Shown here: piece by piece, positions 10,446 through 18,702 of the stretch
Layout: each line of letters starts with the position of its first letter
Position numbering within the stretch: position 1 is the stretch's first letter
Assembly (NCBI RefSeq): GCF_010993745.1
Contig: NZ_WOTN01000001.1
Span: 41,235 to 65,234 of the forward strand
DNA: 24,000 nt
From: Fodinicola acaciae
Lineage (GTDB): Bacteria; Actinomycetota; Actinomycetes; Mycobacteriales; HKI-0501
Direction of reading: 5' to 3'
Notes under the pieces: model-generated
What the model saw: the letters and a program-made list of their open reading frames with translations, nothing else
Database searches by the model: none
Told to the model about the DNA's origin: nothing
Translations under genes and position numbers: made by a program

Positions 10446-10817
10446 ATGGGCGGTCAGGGTTTGAAAGGCCTGCTCAGGAGGTTGACGGCGCCGGAGGAGG
10501 AGCTGGAGGCCGAGGATCTGCAGCGGGCCTGCGAGCAGACTGGCGCCACCCCGGTCGGCAACTGTTCGCGCGGCAGGCCGGTGACCGTTTCCGGCCGGCT
10601 GCGTTCCGTGCAGTACTGTCCGCGTAGCAACCTTCCGACGCTGGAGGCGGAGCTGTTCGACGGCACCGGCACGGTGTTGTTGGTGTGGCTCGGCCGGCGC
10701 AGCATCGTCGGCATCGAGCCGGGCCGGCCGATCCGGGCCAGCGGACGCCTGTCGGTGCGGGACGAGCGCAAGGTGATCTACAACCCCGAATACGAGCTGG
10801 AGCCGGCGATCAAGTGA
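10446..10817 (+). CDS. OB-fold nucleic-acid-binding domain protein (conserved actinobacterial partner of DUF3159)
   Basis: 123-aa ORF with high GC3. The core V-T-V-S-G-R-L ... LFDGTGTVLLVWLGRR ... ASGRL is as I recall for this family. Its stop overlaps the next start (GTGA). Confidence 0.7.
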   Translation: MGGQGLKGLLRRLTAPEEELEAEDLQRACEQTGATPVGNCSRGRPVTVSGRLRSVQYCPRSNLPTLEAELFDGTGTVLLVWLGRRSIVGIEPGRPIRASGRLSVRDERKVIYNPEYELEPAIK

Positions 10818-11554
10818 CATCAGGCGAGTCCAGGCTGGAGAAGCCGACCACGACCTCCGAGCCGGGCTCGGATCCGAATCCGGACGACATCTCGATCAGG
10901 GAGTACTTCGCCTCCGGCGAGTTCCGCCGCGAGGTGGCCCGCCAGCTCGGCGGCTGGACCGGCATCGCCGAGAGCGCGATCCCGGTCGTCGTGTTCGTCA
11001 TCGCCAACACGTTCCTGTCGCTCTATCCGGCGCTGATCGCCGCGGTCGCGGCGGCGCTGCTCATCGCCGGTTTCCGGCTGCTGCGCAAGCAGTCACCGCG
11101 GCAGGCGCTCAACGGCCTGGTCGGCATCGCGATCGCGGCGATCTGGGCCGCGCGGACCGGGCGCGCGCAGGACTTCTATCTGCCTGGCATCCTGATCAGC
11201 TACGCGTACACGCTGGTCATCGCCGGCTCGGTGCTGTTCCGGCGTCCGCTGGTCGGCGTGGTGTGGGCCTTCTTCGGCAACATCGGCTCGGAGTGGCGGC
11301 GCGACCGCGGCCACTACCGGATGTTCTTCTGGCTCACCCTGCTGTGGGCCGTGGTGTGGTTCGCCAAGGTCAGTGTGCAGGCCTGGCTGTACGTCGCCAA
11401 CGCGTCGGCGGCCGAGCTCGGCGTCGCGCGGATCATCTTCGGCAACCCGCCGATCGTGCTGCTGATCGTCGTCACCGCCTGGGTCGTACGCCGCCACAAC
11501 AAGCGCCACGGCATCCCCGAGCCGACACCCGAAACCCCCGCCGCCGAAGCCTGA
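10814..11554 (+). CDS. DUF3159 integral membrane protein
   Basis: Start taken at GTG 10814, coupled to the upstream stop; the tracked start at 10685 would overlap the OB-fold gene. Acidic/Pro-rich N-terminus followed by about 5-6 TM helices. Confidence 0.7.
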   Translation: MTSGESRLEKPTTTSEPGSDPNPDDISIREYFASGEFRREVARQLGGWTGIAESAIPVVVFVIANTFLSLYPALIAAVAAALLIAGFRLLRKQSPRQALNGLVGIAIAAIWAARTGRAQDFYLPGILISYAYTLVIAGSVLFRRPLVGVVWAFFGNIGSEWRRDRGHYRMFFWLTLLWAVVWFAKVSVQAWLYVANASAAELGVARIIFGNPPIVLLIVVTAWVVRRHNKRHGIPEPTPETPAAEA

Positions 11555-11569
11555 CCCGCCAGGTCAGGC
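11549..11569. terminator. Short hairpin between convergent genes, with both stop codons in its stem
   Basis: GCCTGACC-cgcca-GGTCAGGC, an 8-bp stem with a 5-nt loop. TGA of DUF3159 (11552-11554) and TCA, the complement of the trkA TGA stop (11564-11566), are paired with each other. No U-tract. Confidence 0.35.
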
Positions 11570-12229
11570 GGTGCGGCCGGAGACGGCGTTCTCGATGGCG
11601 TCCTCGTGTTCGCTGGTGGCCAGGAACATCAGCTCGTCGCCGGCCTCCAGCGGCTCGTCGCCGGACGGCACGATCACCCGGCCACCGCGCAGGATCGCCA
11701 CCATCGCGGTGTCCGGCGGCAGCGGTACGTCGCGCACCGGCCGGCCAGCCAGCGGCGAGTCGGCGGCCAGCGTGATCTCCACCAGGTTGGCCTGGCCGCG
11801 CCGGAAGGTCATCAGCCGGACCAGCTCGCCGACCGTCACCGCCTCCTCGACGAAGGCGGCCATCAGCCGGGGCTTGCTCACCGGCACGTCCACGCCCCAC
11901 TGCTCGGTGAACAGCCACTCGTTCTCGGCGCGGTTGACGCGCGCGACCGTGCGGCTGACCGCGAACTCGGTCTTGGCCAGCAGCGACACGACCAGGTTGA
12001 CCTTGTCGTCGCCGGTCGCCGCGACCATCACGTCGCAACCGGCGATGCCGGCCTCCTCCAGGCTGGACAGCTCGCAGGCGTCGGCGAGCAGCCAGTCGGC
12101 CTTGGGCACCAGCTTGGACTTCAGCGCCTCCGAGGAGCGCTCGATGAGCATCACGCTGTGGCCGTGCTCGATCAGCTCCGCGGCGATCGAGCGGCCGACG
12201 TTGCCGGCGCCAGCTATCGCGACTCGCAT
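11564..12229 (-). CDS. trkA: TrkA-family (RCK domain) potassium uptake regulator, CeoC-like
   Basis: 221 aa. Rossmann motif MRVAIAGAGNVGRS and a C-terminal TrkA_C region. The start abuts the stop of the upstream paralogue. Confidence 0.9.
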   Translation of the reverse strand: MRVAIAGAGNVGRSIAAELIEHGHSVMLIERSSEALKSKLVPKADWLLADACELSSLEEAGIAGCDVMVAATGDDKVNLVVSLLAKTEFAVSRTVARVNRAENEWLFTEQWGVDVPVSKPRLMAAFVEEAVTVGELVRLMTFRRGQANLVEITLAADSPLAGRPVRDVPLPPDTAMVAILRGGRVIVPSGDEPLEAGDELMFLATSEHEDAIENAVSGRTA

Positions 12230-12895
12230 TTACTCTCGCTCCTCCGGCGGTGCCGCCGCGATCGCGGTGACGCGGTCGACGATGTCGTCGGTGACCATCA
12301 TGAAGACCTGGTCACCGTCCTGGAAGACCGCCTTCAGCGTCGGCAGGATCCCCAGGCCGAAGCGCCAGACGTACGCGACGCGCGCGCCGGTCTCCAGCTC
12401 CAGCTGCTTGACCTTGTGCGCGACCCAGTCCTTGTGCAGCTCGATCTCCACGATCGCCACCACACCGGTCGGCTCGCGCCACACCTCGGCCGTGCCGTCC
12501 GGGTCGAGCGCGCGCAGCATCCGGTCGGAGGTCCACCGTACGGTCGCCACCGTCGGGATGCCGAGCCGCTCGTAGACGGCTGCGCGCTTCTGGTCGTAGA
12601 TGCGCGCCACGACCTTCTCCACGCCGAACGTCTCGCGTGCCACGCGCGCGGAGATGATGTTGGAGTTGTCGCCACTGGACACCGCCGCGAACGCGTCGGT
12701 GTGCTCGATGCCGGCCTCCAGCAGGACCTCGCGGTCATAGCCGATGCCGGCCACCGTCTGGCCCTTGAACTCCGGCTTGAGCCGGCGGAAGGCGTCCGGG
12801 TTCTGGTCGATCACCGAGACCGAGTGACCGCGGGCCTCCAGCAGGTGCGCGAGGGTGGAGCCGACCCGGCCGCACCCCATGATCACTACGTGCAA
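12230..12895 (-). CDS. trkA: TrkA-family (RCK domain) potassium uptake regulator, CeoB-like
   Basis: Start placed at TTG 12895 (giving MHVVIMGCGRVGS), preceded by GGGAGAGG. This gives 221 aa, the same length as its paralogue. The tracked start at 12973 is an extension. Confidence 0.88.
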   Translation of the reverse strand: MHVVIMGCGRVGSTLAHLLEARGHSVSVIDQNPDAFRRLKPEFKGQTVAGIGYDREVLLEAGIEHTDAFAAVSSGDNSNIISARVARETFGVEKVVARIYDQKRAAVYERLGIPTVATVRWTSDRMLRALDPDGTAEVWREPTGVVAIVEIELHKDWVAHKVKQLELETGARVAYVWRFGLGILPTLKAVFQDGDQVFMMVTDDIVDRVTAIAAAPPEERE

Positions 12896-12994
12896 CGCGC
12901 CTCTCCCGCTCGGATGACAACCTCGGAGGACGCACTTGGCCAGCCTCGTCCCCCCACGGTGGAAACGGTACACGGCACCGCGTGACGTGGGGGT

Positions 12995-15070
12995 GTGGTG
13001 CCGGGAAACGGTGTGGCGCTGCCGTACGCTCCCCGTGTGACCGCTCCGACCTCGCTGGTCAAACGACTGTTGCTGGGCCGGCCGTTCCGCAGCGACCGGC
13101 TGTCCGAGACCTTGCTGCCCAAGCGCATCGCGCTGCCGGTGTTCGCGTCCGACGCGATGTCGTCGGTGGCGTACGCGCCGGGCGAGATCCTGGCGACGCT
13201 GTCCGCGGCCGGCCTGTCCGCCTACCTGCTGTCCCCGTGGATCGGCATCGCGGTCGTCGTGGTGCTACTCACCGTGGTCGCGTCGTACCGGCAGAACGTG
13301 CACGCCTATCCGAGCGGCGGCGGCGACTACGAGGTGGTCACCACCAACCTCGGCGGAAAGTACGGCCTGGTGGTCGCGAGCGCGCTGCTGGTCGACTACG
13401 TGTTGACCGTGGCGGTGTCGGTGGCCTCCGGCATCCAGAACCTGGCGGCGGCGATTCCTTTCCTGCAGGGCAGGGAAATGATCGCGACGGTGACCGTGGT
13501 GGTCATCCTGACCGCGATGAACCTGCGCGGCCTGCGCGAGTCCGGGATCGCCTTCGCCATCCCGACGTACGCCTTCATGGTCGCCATCCTGGGCATGGTG
13601 GTCGTCGGTCTGTTCCGGATTTTCGCGCTGGGACAACATGTTCAGACAGCCAGCGCGCACTTCACCATGAAGCCGGAGGCCTCGTTCATCGGCCTGGCCT
13701 TCGTTTTCCTCCTGCTGCAGAGCTTTTCCTCCGGCTGCGCCGCGCTCACCGGTGTCGAGGCGATCAGCAACGGCGTGCCGGCGTTTCGTAAGCCGAAGAG
13801 CAAAAACGCGGCGACGACGCTGCTGATGCTGGGGCTGCTCGCGGTCGCGATGATGATGGGGACGCTCGCGCTCGCGCAGCTGACCGGTCTCAAATACGCC
13901 GACAACCCGCACGACCTGGTCGGCGCGCCGACCGGCTATGTCCAGAAGACGGTCATGGCGCAGCTGGGCGAGGCGGTGTTTTCCTGGTTCCCGCCGGGTT
14001 TCTACGTGGTCACCGCGGTCACCGCGCTGATCCTGGTGCTCGCCGCCAACACCGCCTTCAACGGTTTTCCGGTGCTCGGCTCGATCCTGGCGCAGGACCG
14101 CTATCTGCCGCGGCAGCTGCACACCCGCGGCGACCGGCTGGCGTTCAGCAACGGCATCCTGTTTCTGGCGATCTTCGCGATCGTGCTGCTGGTCTCGTTC
14201 AACGCCGACCCCAGCTCGCTGATCCACCTCTACATCGTCGGCGTCTTCGTTTCCTTTACGCTGAGCCAAATCGGCATGGTGTTGCACTGGACCCGGCACC
14301 TGAAGACCGAGACCGACCGGGCCGTACGCCGGCGGATGATCCGCTCGCGGGTCATCAACGCGTTCGGCTTCCTGATGACCGGCACGGTGTTGGTCATCGT
14401 GCTGATCACCAAGTTCCTCGAAGGCGCGTGGATCGCGATCGCCGCCATGGCGGTGATCTACGTGCTGATGGTCGGCATCCGGCGGCATTACGACGCGGTG
14501 GCGCGTGAGCTGGCGACCGACGAGGAACGGCCGGTGCTGCCGTCCCGTAACCACGCGATCGTCCTGCTGTCCAAGCTGCACCAGCCGGCCGTACGCGCGT
14601 TGGCATATGCGCGCGCCACTCGTCCCGACACGCTCAACGCGGTCACGGTGAACGTCGACGACGCCGACACGCGCGCTTTGCAGGCGGAGTGGGAACAACG
14701 TGACATCCCGATCCCGCTTGTCGTGGTTGACTCGCCTTATCGTGAGATCACCGGCCCGATTGTCCAGTATGTCAAGGGAATCCGCCGCGAGTCGCCGCGT
14801 GACGTGGTCACCGTGTTCATTCCCGAATACGTCGTCGGTCACTGGTGGGAGCACCTGCTGCACAACCAGAGCGCGTTGCGGCTGAAAGGTCGGCTGCTGT
14901 TCGAGCCGGGCGTGATGGTCACCAGCGTGCCGTGGCAGCTCAGCTCGTCCGAGCGGCTCAACCTCAACCGCCGCGACCGGATCGTCGGCGGCATCCGGCG
15001 CGGCATCGTGACCGCTCCGCTCGGTGGTCCGGTCGAGCGCCCGCGTAAAATCGAAGAAAGCAAGAAATGA
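12995..15070 (+). CDS. APC-superfamily permease with a ~200-aa cytoplasmic C-terminal extension
   Basis: The tracked ORF is 691 aa. It contains LLPKRIALPVFASDAMSSVAYAP, typical of this actinobacterial APC group, about 12 TM helices, then a soluble tail. The true start may be GTG 13037 (VTAPTSLVKRLLLGRP). It is divergent from the trkA pair. Confidence 0.85.
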   Translation: MVPGNGVALPYAPRVTAPTSLVKRLLLGRPFRSDRLSETLLPKRIALPVFASDAMSSVAYAPGEILATLSAAGLSAYLLSPWIGIAVVVVLLTVVASYRQNVHAYPSGGGDYEVVTTNLGGKYGLVVASALLVDYVLTVAVSVASGIQNLAAAIPFLQGREMIATVTVVVILTAMNLRGLRESGIAFAIPTYAFMVAILGMVVVGLFRIFALGQHVQTASAHFTMKPEASFIGLAFVFLLLQSFSSGCAALTGVEAISNGVPAFRKPKSKNAATTLLMLGLLAVAMMMGTLALAQLTGLKYADNPHDLVGAPTGYVQKTVMAQLGEAVFSWFPPGFYVVTAVTALILVLAANTAFNGFPVLGSILAQDRYLPRQLHTRGDRLAFSNGILFLAIFAIVLLVSFNADPSSLIHLYIVGVFVSFTLSQIGMVLHWTRHLKTETDRAVRRRMIRSRVINAFGFLMTGTVLVIVLITKFLEGAWIAIAAMAVIYVLMVGIRRHYDAVARELATDEERPVLPSRNHAIVLLSKLHQPAVRALAYARATRPDTLNAVTVNVDDADTRALQAEWEQRDIPIPLVVVDSPYREITGPIVQYVKGIRRESPRDVVTVFIPEYVVGHWWEHLLHNQSALRLKGRLLFEPGVMVTSVPWQLSSSERLNLNRRDRIVGGIRRGIVTAPLGGPVERPRKIEESKK

Positions 15071-16359
15071 CGGCAACCAAGGCACTTCCGGTCGGCTTCG
15101 AGGTGGAGGTCGAGGTCGGTCCGGTGGCGCACGGCGGCCACTGCGTGGCGCGCCACGACGGCCGGGTGATCTTCGTGCGGCATTCGTTGCCAGGTGAGCG
15201 CGTACGCGCGCGGATCACTTCTGACCGTGGAAAGGCGTACGCGCTGGCCGAGGCCGTCGAGGTGTTGCGGCCGTCGCCGGACCGAGTCACCCCGCCGTGC
15301 CCGTACTCGGGAGCCGGTGGCTGCGGCGGCTGCGACTGGCAGCACGCCGATCCGGCCGCCGTGCGACGCGGCAAGGCGACCGTTGTTCGCGAACAGCTGT
15401 TGCGTCTCGGCGGTCTGTCGACGGATCAGCTGGATGTGTTGGGACTGACCGAAAACACCGAGGCTGAGGCGTTGCCTGGCGGTCCGCTGGGTTGGCGCAC
15501 GCGCGTACGCTATGCCGTCGGCGACGATGGCCGCGCCGGTTTCCATCCACATCGTTCGAGCACTGTCCTGCCGATCGACGACTGTCTTTTGGCAACTGAC
15601 GACATCCGGCAGCTCGGCGTACTCGGCCGTCGTTATCCGGACCTGGCCGGCATCGACGTCGTATCGTCGTCGGCCGGCGACCACGCCGTGGTGCTGCGGC
15701 CGCAGGGTCAGGCGCACGTCGACGTCAGTGACTGGCCGGAAAACCTGGCGGTGCTCGACGGTGGCGCACATCCGGCCGTCGCCCGCCGAGGCCACAACCG
15801 CGTACGCGAAAACGCCGCCGGCCGCCGCTGGCTCGTCCACGCCGACGGCTTCTGGCAGGTCCACCCGGCCGCCGCGACCATCCTGTCCGACGCCGTGATC
15901 GCCGAAATCGACCCGCGCCCCGGCCAGACCGCACTCGACTTATACTGCGGCGTCGGTCTTTTCGCCGGCGCGCTCGGCATCCAGGTCGGCCGCCACGGCA
16001 AGGTCTACGCCGTAGAATCCGATCGGGCCGCCGCCGACAACGCCCGCCGCAACCTCCGCGACGTACCCGCCGTCGTGGTCTCCTCAGGCGGAGTCGGTGG
16101 CTGGCTGCGAAAAACCCAAATCGACAAACTCGACGCCGTCGTGCTCGACCCTCCCCGTACCGGCGCCGGCGCAGCGGTGTGCAAACAGCTCGCCGCGCTG
16201 GAGCCGCCAGTTATTTGTTACGTGGCTTGCGATCCGGCAGCATTGGCGCGCGATGTGAAAGTGTTGGCCGGGCAGGGCTATCGGCTCACCGCGCTTCGGG
16301 TTTTTGATGCGTTTCCTATGACTCATCATATCGAATGCGTGGCGACATTACGGGTTTGA
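15067..16359 (+). CDS. TRAM-domain, Fe-S cluster class I SAM-dependent RNA (uracil-5) methyltransferase (TrmA/RlmD family)
   Basis: 430 aa. N-terminal TRAM-like beta region, cysteine cluster CPYSGAGGCGGCDWQH, SAM-MTase strings LDLYCGVGLF and LDPPRTGAG, and catalytic-Cys region YVACDPAALARD. ATGA overlap with the permease stop. Confidence 0.88.
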   Translation: MTATKALPVGFEVEVEVGPVAHGGHCVARHDGRVIFVRHSLPGERVRARITSDRGKAYALAEAVEVLRPSPDRVTPPCPYSGAGGCGGCDWQHADPAAVRRGKATVVREQLLRLGGLSTDQLDVLGLTENTEAEALPGGPLGWRTRVRYAVGDDGRAGFHPHRSSTVLPIDDCLLATDDIRQLGVLGRRYPDLAGIDVVSSSAGDHAVVLRPQGQAHVDVSDWPENLAVLDGGAHPAVARRGHNRVRENAAGRRWLVHADGFWQVHPAAATILSDAVIAEIDPRPGQTALDLYCGVGLFAGALGIQVGRHGKVYAVESDRAAADNARRNLRDVPAVVVSSGGVGGWLRKTQIDKLDAVVLDPPRTGAGAAVCKQLAALEPPVICYVACDPAALARDVKVLAGQGYRLTALRVFDAFPMTHHIECVATLRV

Positions 16360-16366
16360 GCGGGTC

Positions 16367-17212
16367 GGGATTTCTGGTTGTTGCGTTGGGAGGGGCCGGG
16401 CTCTTCATTTTTGTTGCGTTTGGGGGGTTCGCCTTCGCGGCGGGCGCTCCTGCGCGGCAGGCCCGGCCAGAATGTGCTCAAGCAGAGCTCGCCGACGGGG
16501 GAGAACGGACAAACCGGACCGGGAGTGTGGCTGGGGCGCCGGAGCTGCGGTGGCGTCTCGGTGGGGGGCGTGAGGGTCCAGTATGTGGGATGCGAAGACG
16601 TGTGGAGCGCTAAATGTCCGGCTTGCGAGGGTCGCTGATGGCATGAATGTCGAGTTTCTTGCGTTGGACGCGAGAAACAAGGCTTTCACGCCGCAGCGAT
16701 CATTGGAGGCTGTGACGGGTGTGACTACTGAGGCTGACAATGCTGGTGTGGCTGCTGGGCTGCGCCAAATGTCCATTTTGATGTCTTGTTAAACAAGTAT
16801 TACGCAGCCGATCCGCCTCGCCTGCATTATCAGCCACAGCAGTCACACCATCACCCCCCGGCCGCTGTGATGGCGTGCATGCCGACGGGTTGCTTCCCAT
16901 AGGTGACCGAGCAAGCCCGGAAGACCCGACCCCGCACGCAACCGCCGCCCGCACCCCTATGCACACCGATTGGCGTTCCCGCGCCCCCTCCCTTGAGGTC
17001 GCCCTCCGCGCAGGAGCGCCCGCCGCGCAGGCGACAAACCCACCACCTACCCAACGCAACAGTCAGAAAACGCAACCGCCTCTCCACCGCAACAATCAGA
17101 AAACCCACGACCTCACCCACCGCAGCAATCAGAAAACCGACCACCCCGCCCAACGCACCAACCAAATCCCACCACTCGCCCAACGCAGCGAAGAAAACCG
17201 CAACCACCGCAG
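16367..17212. repeat. Copy 2 of the non-coding composite repeat (same orientation as copy 1)
   Basis: It aligns to copy 1 over the core and right arm (see copy 1). The left arm keeps only about 28 nt of the inverted match (16430-16457 vs 17006-17033). There is an extra ~40 nt after the ATTACGCAG landmark and a longer subrepeat array. It fills the gap between convergent genes. Confidence 0.85.
17051..17207. repeat. Five tandem subrepeats with periods 33, 33, 33, 30 and 28 bp and a CCA(A/C)CGCA core
   Basis: Units start at 17051, 17084, 17117, 17150 and 17180. The first three share CCAnCGCArCArTCAGAAAAC. Two inverted units lie on the left side (16375-16390 and 16408-16425, TTGTTGCGTT(T)GGG). 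Confidence 0.75.
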
Positions 17213-17239
17213 ACGTACAAATGGCAGAATCCGCCAACC

Positions 17240-18451
17240 TCACCCGACCGCCTTGATCTCCGGCGCGTCCGGCGGTACGAGCCGCTCCGGCTCACGCAAC
17301 ACCAGGGCCACCGCCCCAAGCACCTCCGCGCGTTCACCCAAAATCCCGGGCCCGACCGACATCGCCGCGACAGCCGCCGGCACTGCGGACCGCTGCAGGG
17401 AGGCGCTCAACGGATCCAGCAAGAGCGACCCCGCGCGGCCGAGTTCTCCGCCGATCAACACACGATCGGGGTTGATGAGGTTGACGATTCCGCCGAGTGC
17501 GACGCCGACGTGTCCGCCGGCGTCGGCGAGGAGGCGGCGGCAGGCGGCGTCCTCGTCCTCGGCGAGGCGTACGAGGTCGGTGAGGTCGGTGATTTCCGGT
17601 CGTGTCGGCTGTAAAGCGGTCACCAGTGCGGCGCCACTGGCGACCAGTTCAAGGCAGCCACGGTTGCCGCAGCGACAAATGTCGCCGTTGGTGTCGAGGC
17701 TGAGATGGCCGATCTCGCCGGCCGTGCCGCTCACGCCGCGGAAAAGTGCGCCGTCCAACACGATCCCGGCGCCGATTCCGGTGCCGAGCTTGACATAGAC
17801 GACCGCCTCATGACCTCGGCCGGCACCCCACAACGACTCGGAAAGCGCGCCGAGGTTCGCGTCGTTTTCCACGCACACCGGTACGCCGAGCCGCGCACCG
17901 AGTTCGTGTGTCGGTGTCAGTCCGGCCCAGCCGGGGAAAATGTTCGGCGAGCCGATCTGGCCGGCTGGATTCACGACCGGCGCAGGCAGGCCAAAACCGA
18001 TGCCGATGACGTCGGCAAGGCTGTGGCCGCAGCTGTCCAGCAACCGCTCGATGGCTCCGGCGGCGCGCTCCAACACGGCGGCGGCGTGCGTTTCTTCGCC
18101 TGGGACCGTACGTTCGGCCGCCTCAGCGACGATCGTGTGCGCCAGATCCGCGACGGCGACCCGCAAATGGCTGCGGCCGACGTCGACGCCGACGACGATG
18201 CCGGCCGACCGGTCGAGCTGTACGACCGCGGCGGGCCGGCCGCCGGACGGACCGGCCGGCGCCGTACCGCCGGGTTCGATCACCAGCCCGGAGCCGGTCA
18301 GCTCGCCGACGACCGCTGACACGGTCGCGCGCGACAGGCCGGTGGCCGAGATCAGCTCGGCACGCGTGGACGGACCGAGCACCCGCAACGTCTGGGCGAT
18401 GCGGGCTTGGTTGCCGGACAGCCGGCTCAGGGGATGGTCCGCCGAAGGCAT
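17240..18451 (-). CDS. ROK-family transcriptional regulator (N-terminal wHTH plus sugar-kinase-like domain)
   Basis: Start placed at ATG 18451 (MPSADHPLSRLSGNQARIAQTLRVLGPSTRAELISATGLSRATVS, a MarR-like HTH), giving 403 aa. ROK zinc motif CRCGNRGCLE. It is divergent from the xylF-like operon, as with rok7B7-xylFGH in Streptomyces coelicolor. Confidence 0.85.
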   Translation of the reverse strand: MPSADHPLSRLSGNQARIAQTLRVLGPSTRAELISATGLSRATVSAVVGELTGSGLVIEPGGTAPAGPSGGRPAAVVQLDRSAGIVVGVDVGRSHLRVAVADLAHTIVAEAAERTVPGEETHAAAVLERAAGAIERLLDSCGHSLADVIGIGFGLPAPVVNPAGQIGSPNIFPGWAGLTPTHELGARLGVPVCVENDANLGALSESLWGAGRGHEAVVYVKLGTGIGAGIVLDGALFRGVSGTAGEIGHLSLDTNGDICRCGNRGCLELVASGAALVTALQPTRPEITDLTDLVRLAEDEDAACRRLLADAGGHVGVALGGIVNLINPDRVLIGGELGRAGSLLLDPLSASLQRSAVPAAVAAMSVGPGILGERAEVLGAVALVLREPERLVPPDAPEIKAVG

Positions 18452-18457
18452 GCGGCG

Positions 18458-18486
18458 ATACTCGGCGACTCGCGCGGTTATGTCAA
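18458..18486 (-). promoter_or_regulatory. Candidate promoter giving a leaderless ROK mRNA
   Basis: On the minus strand: TTGACA (18486-18481), a 17-nt spacer, GAGTAT (18463-18458), then 6 nt to the A of the ATG at 18451. There is no SD-like sequence before that ATG. Confidence 0.35.
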
Positions 18487-18603
18487 TAGTTTGACTAACG
18501 GCGGCGTTGGCGGCCGGAAAACGATGTCGTTCGTATTGCAACCGCGTTTCTGATTCGATCCAGTCAACATAATTCGGACGACACGAAAAAGCACTTACGT
18601 CGA

Positions 18604-18636
18604 CCGGTTGACACAACCGGCCGGCAGGGCCAAGGT
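18604..18636 (+). promoter_or_regulatory. Palindromic operator candidate overlapping a candidate -35/-10 for the xylF-like operon
   Basis: CCGGTTG-aca-CAACCGG (18604-18620, perfect 7-bp arms) contains TTGACA (18608-18613). A 17-nt spacer follows, then CAAGGT (18631-18636). It lies about 85 nt upstream of the SBP start. Confidence 0.3.
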
Positions 18637-18702
18637 CGAGCCGATCGGGGTCGTGCGACATGGCGCACATGACAGTGGCCCGCTGGATGGAGGGGTACAA
18701 AC

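Noticed and set aside
17051-17207. CRISPR array interpretation of the 33-bp tandem units.
   Set aside because: The conserved part is only about 20 nt and degenerate. The variable parts are about 12 nt, far too short for spacers. The units decay in length, the same motif occurs inverted on the other side of the element, and there are no cas genes.
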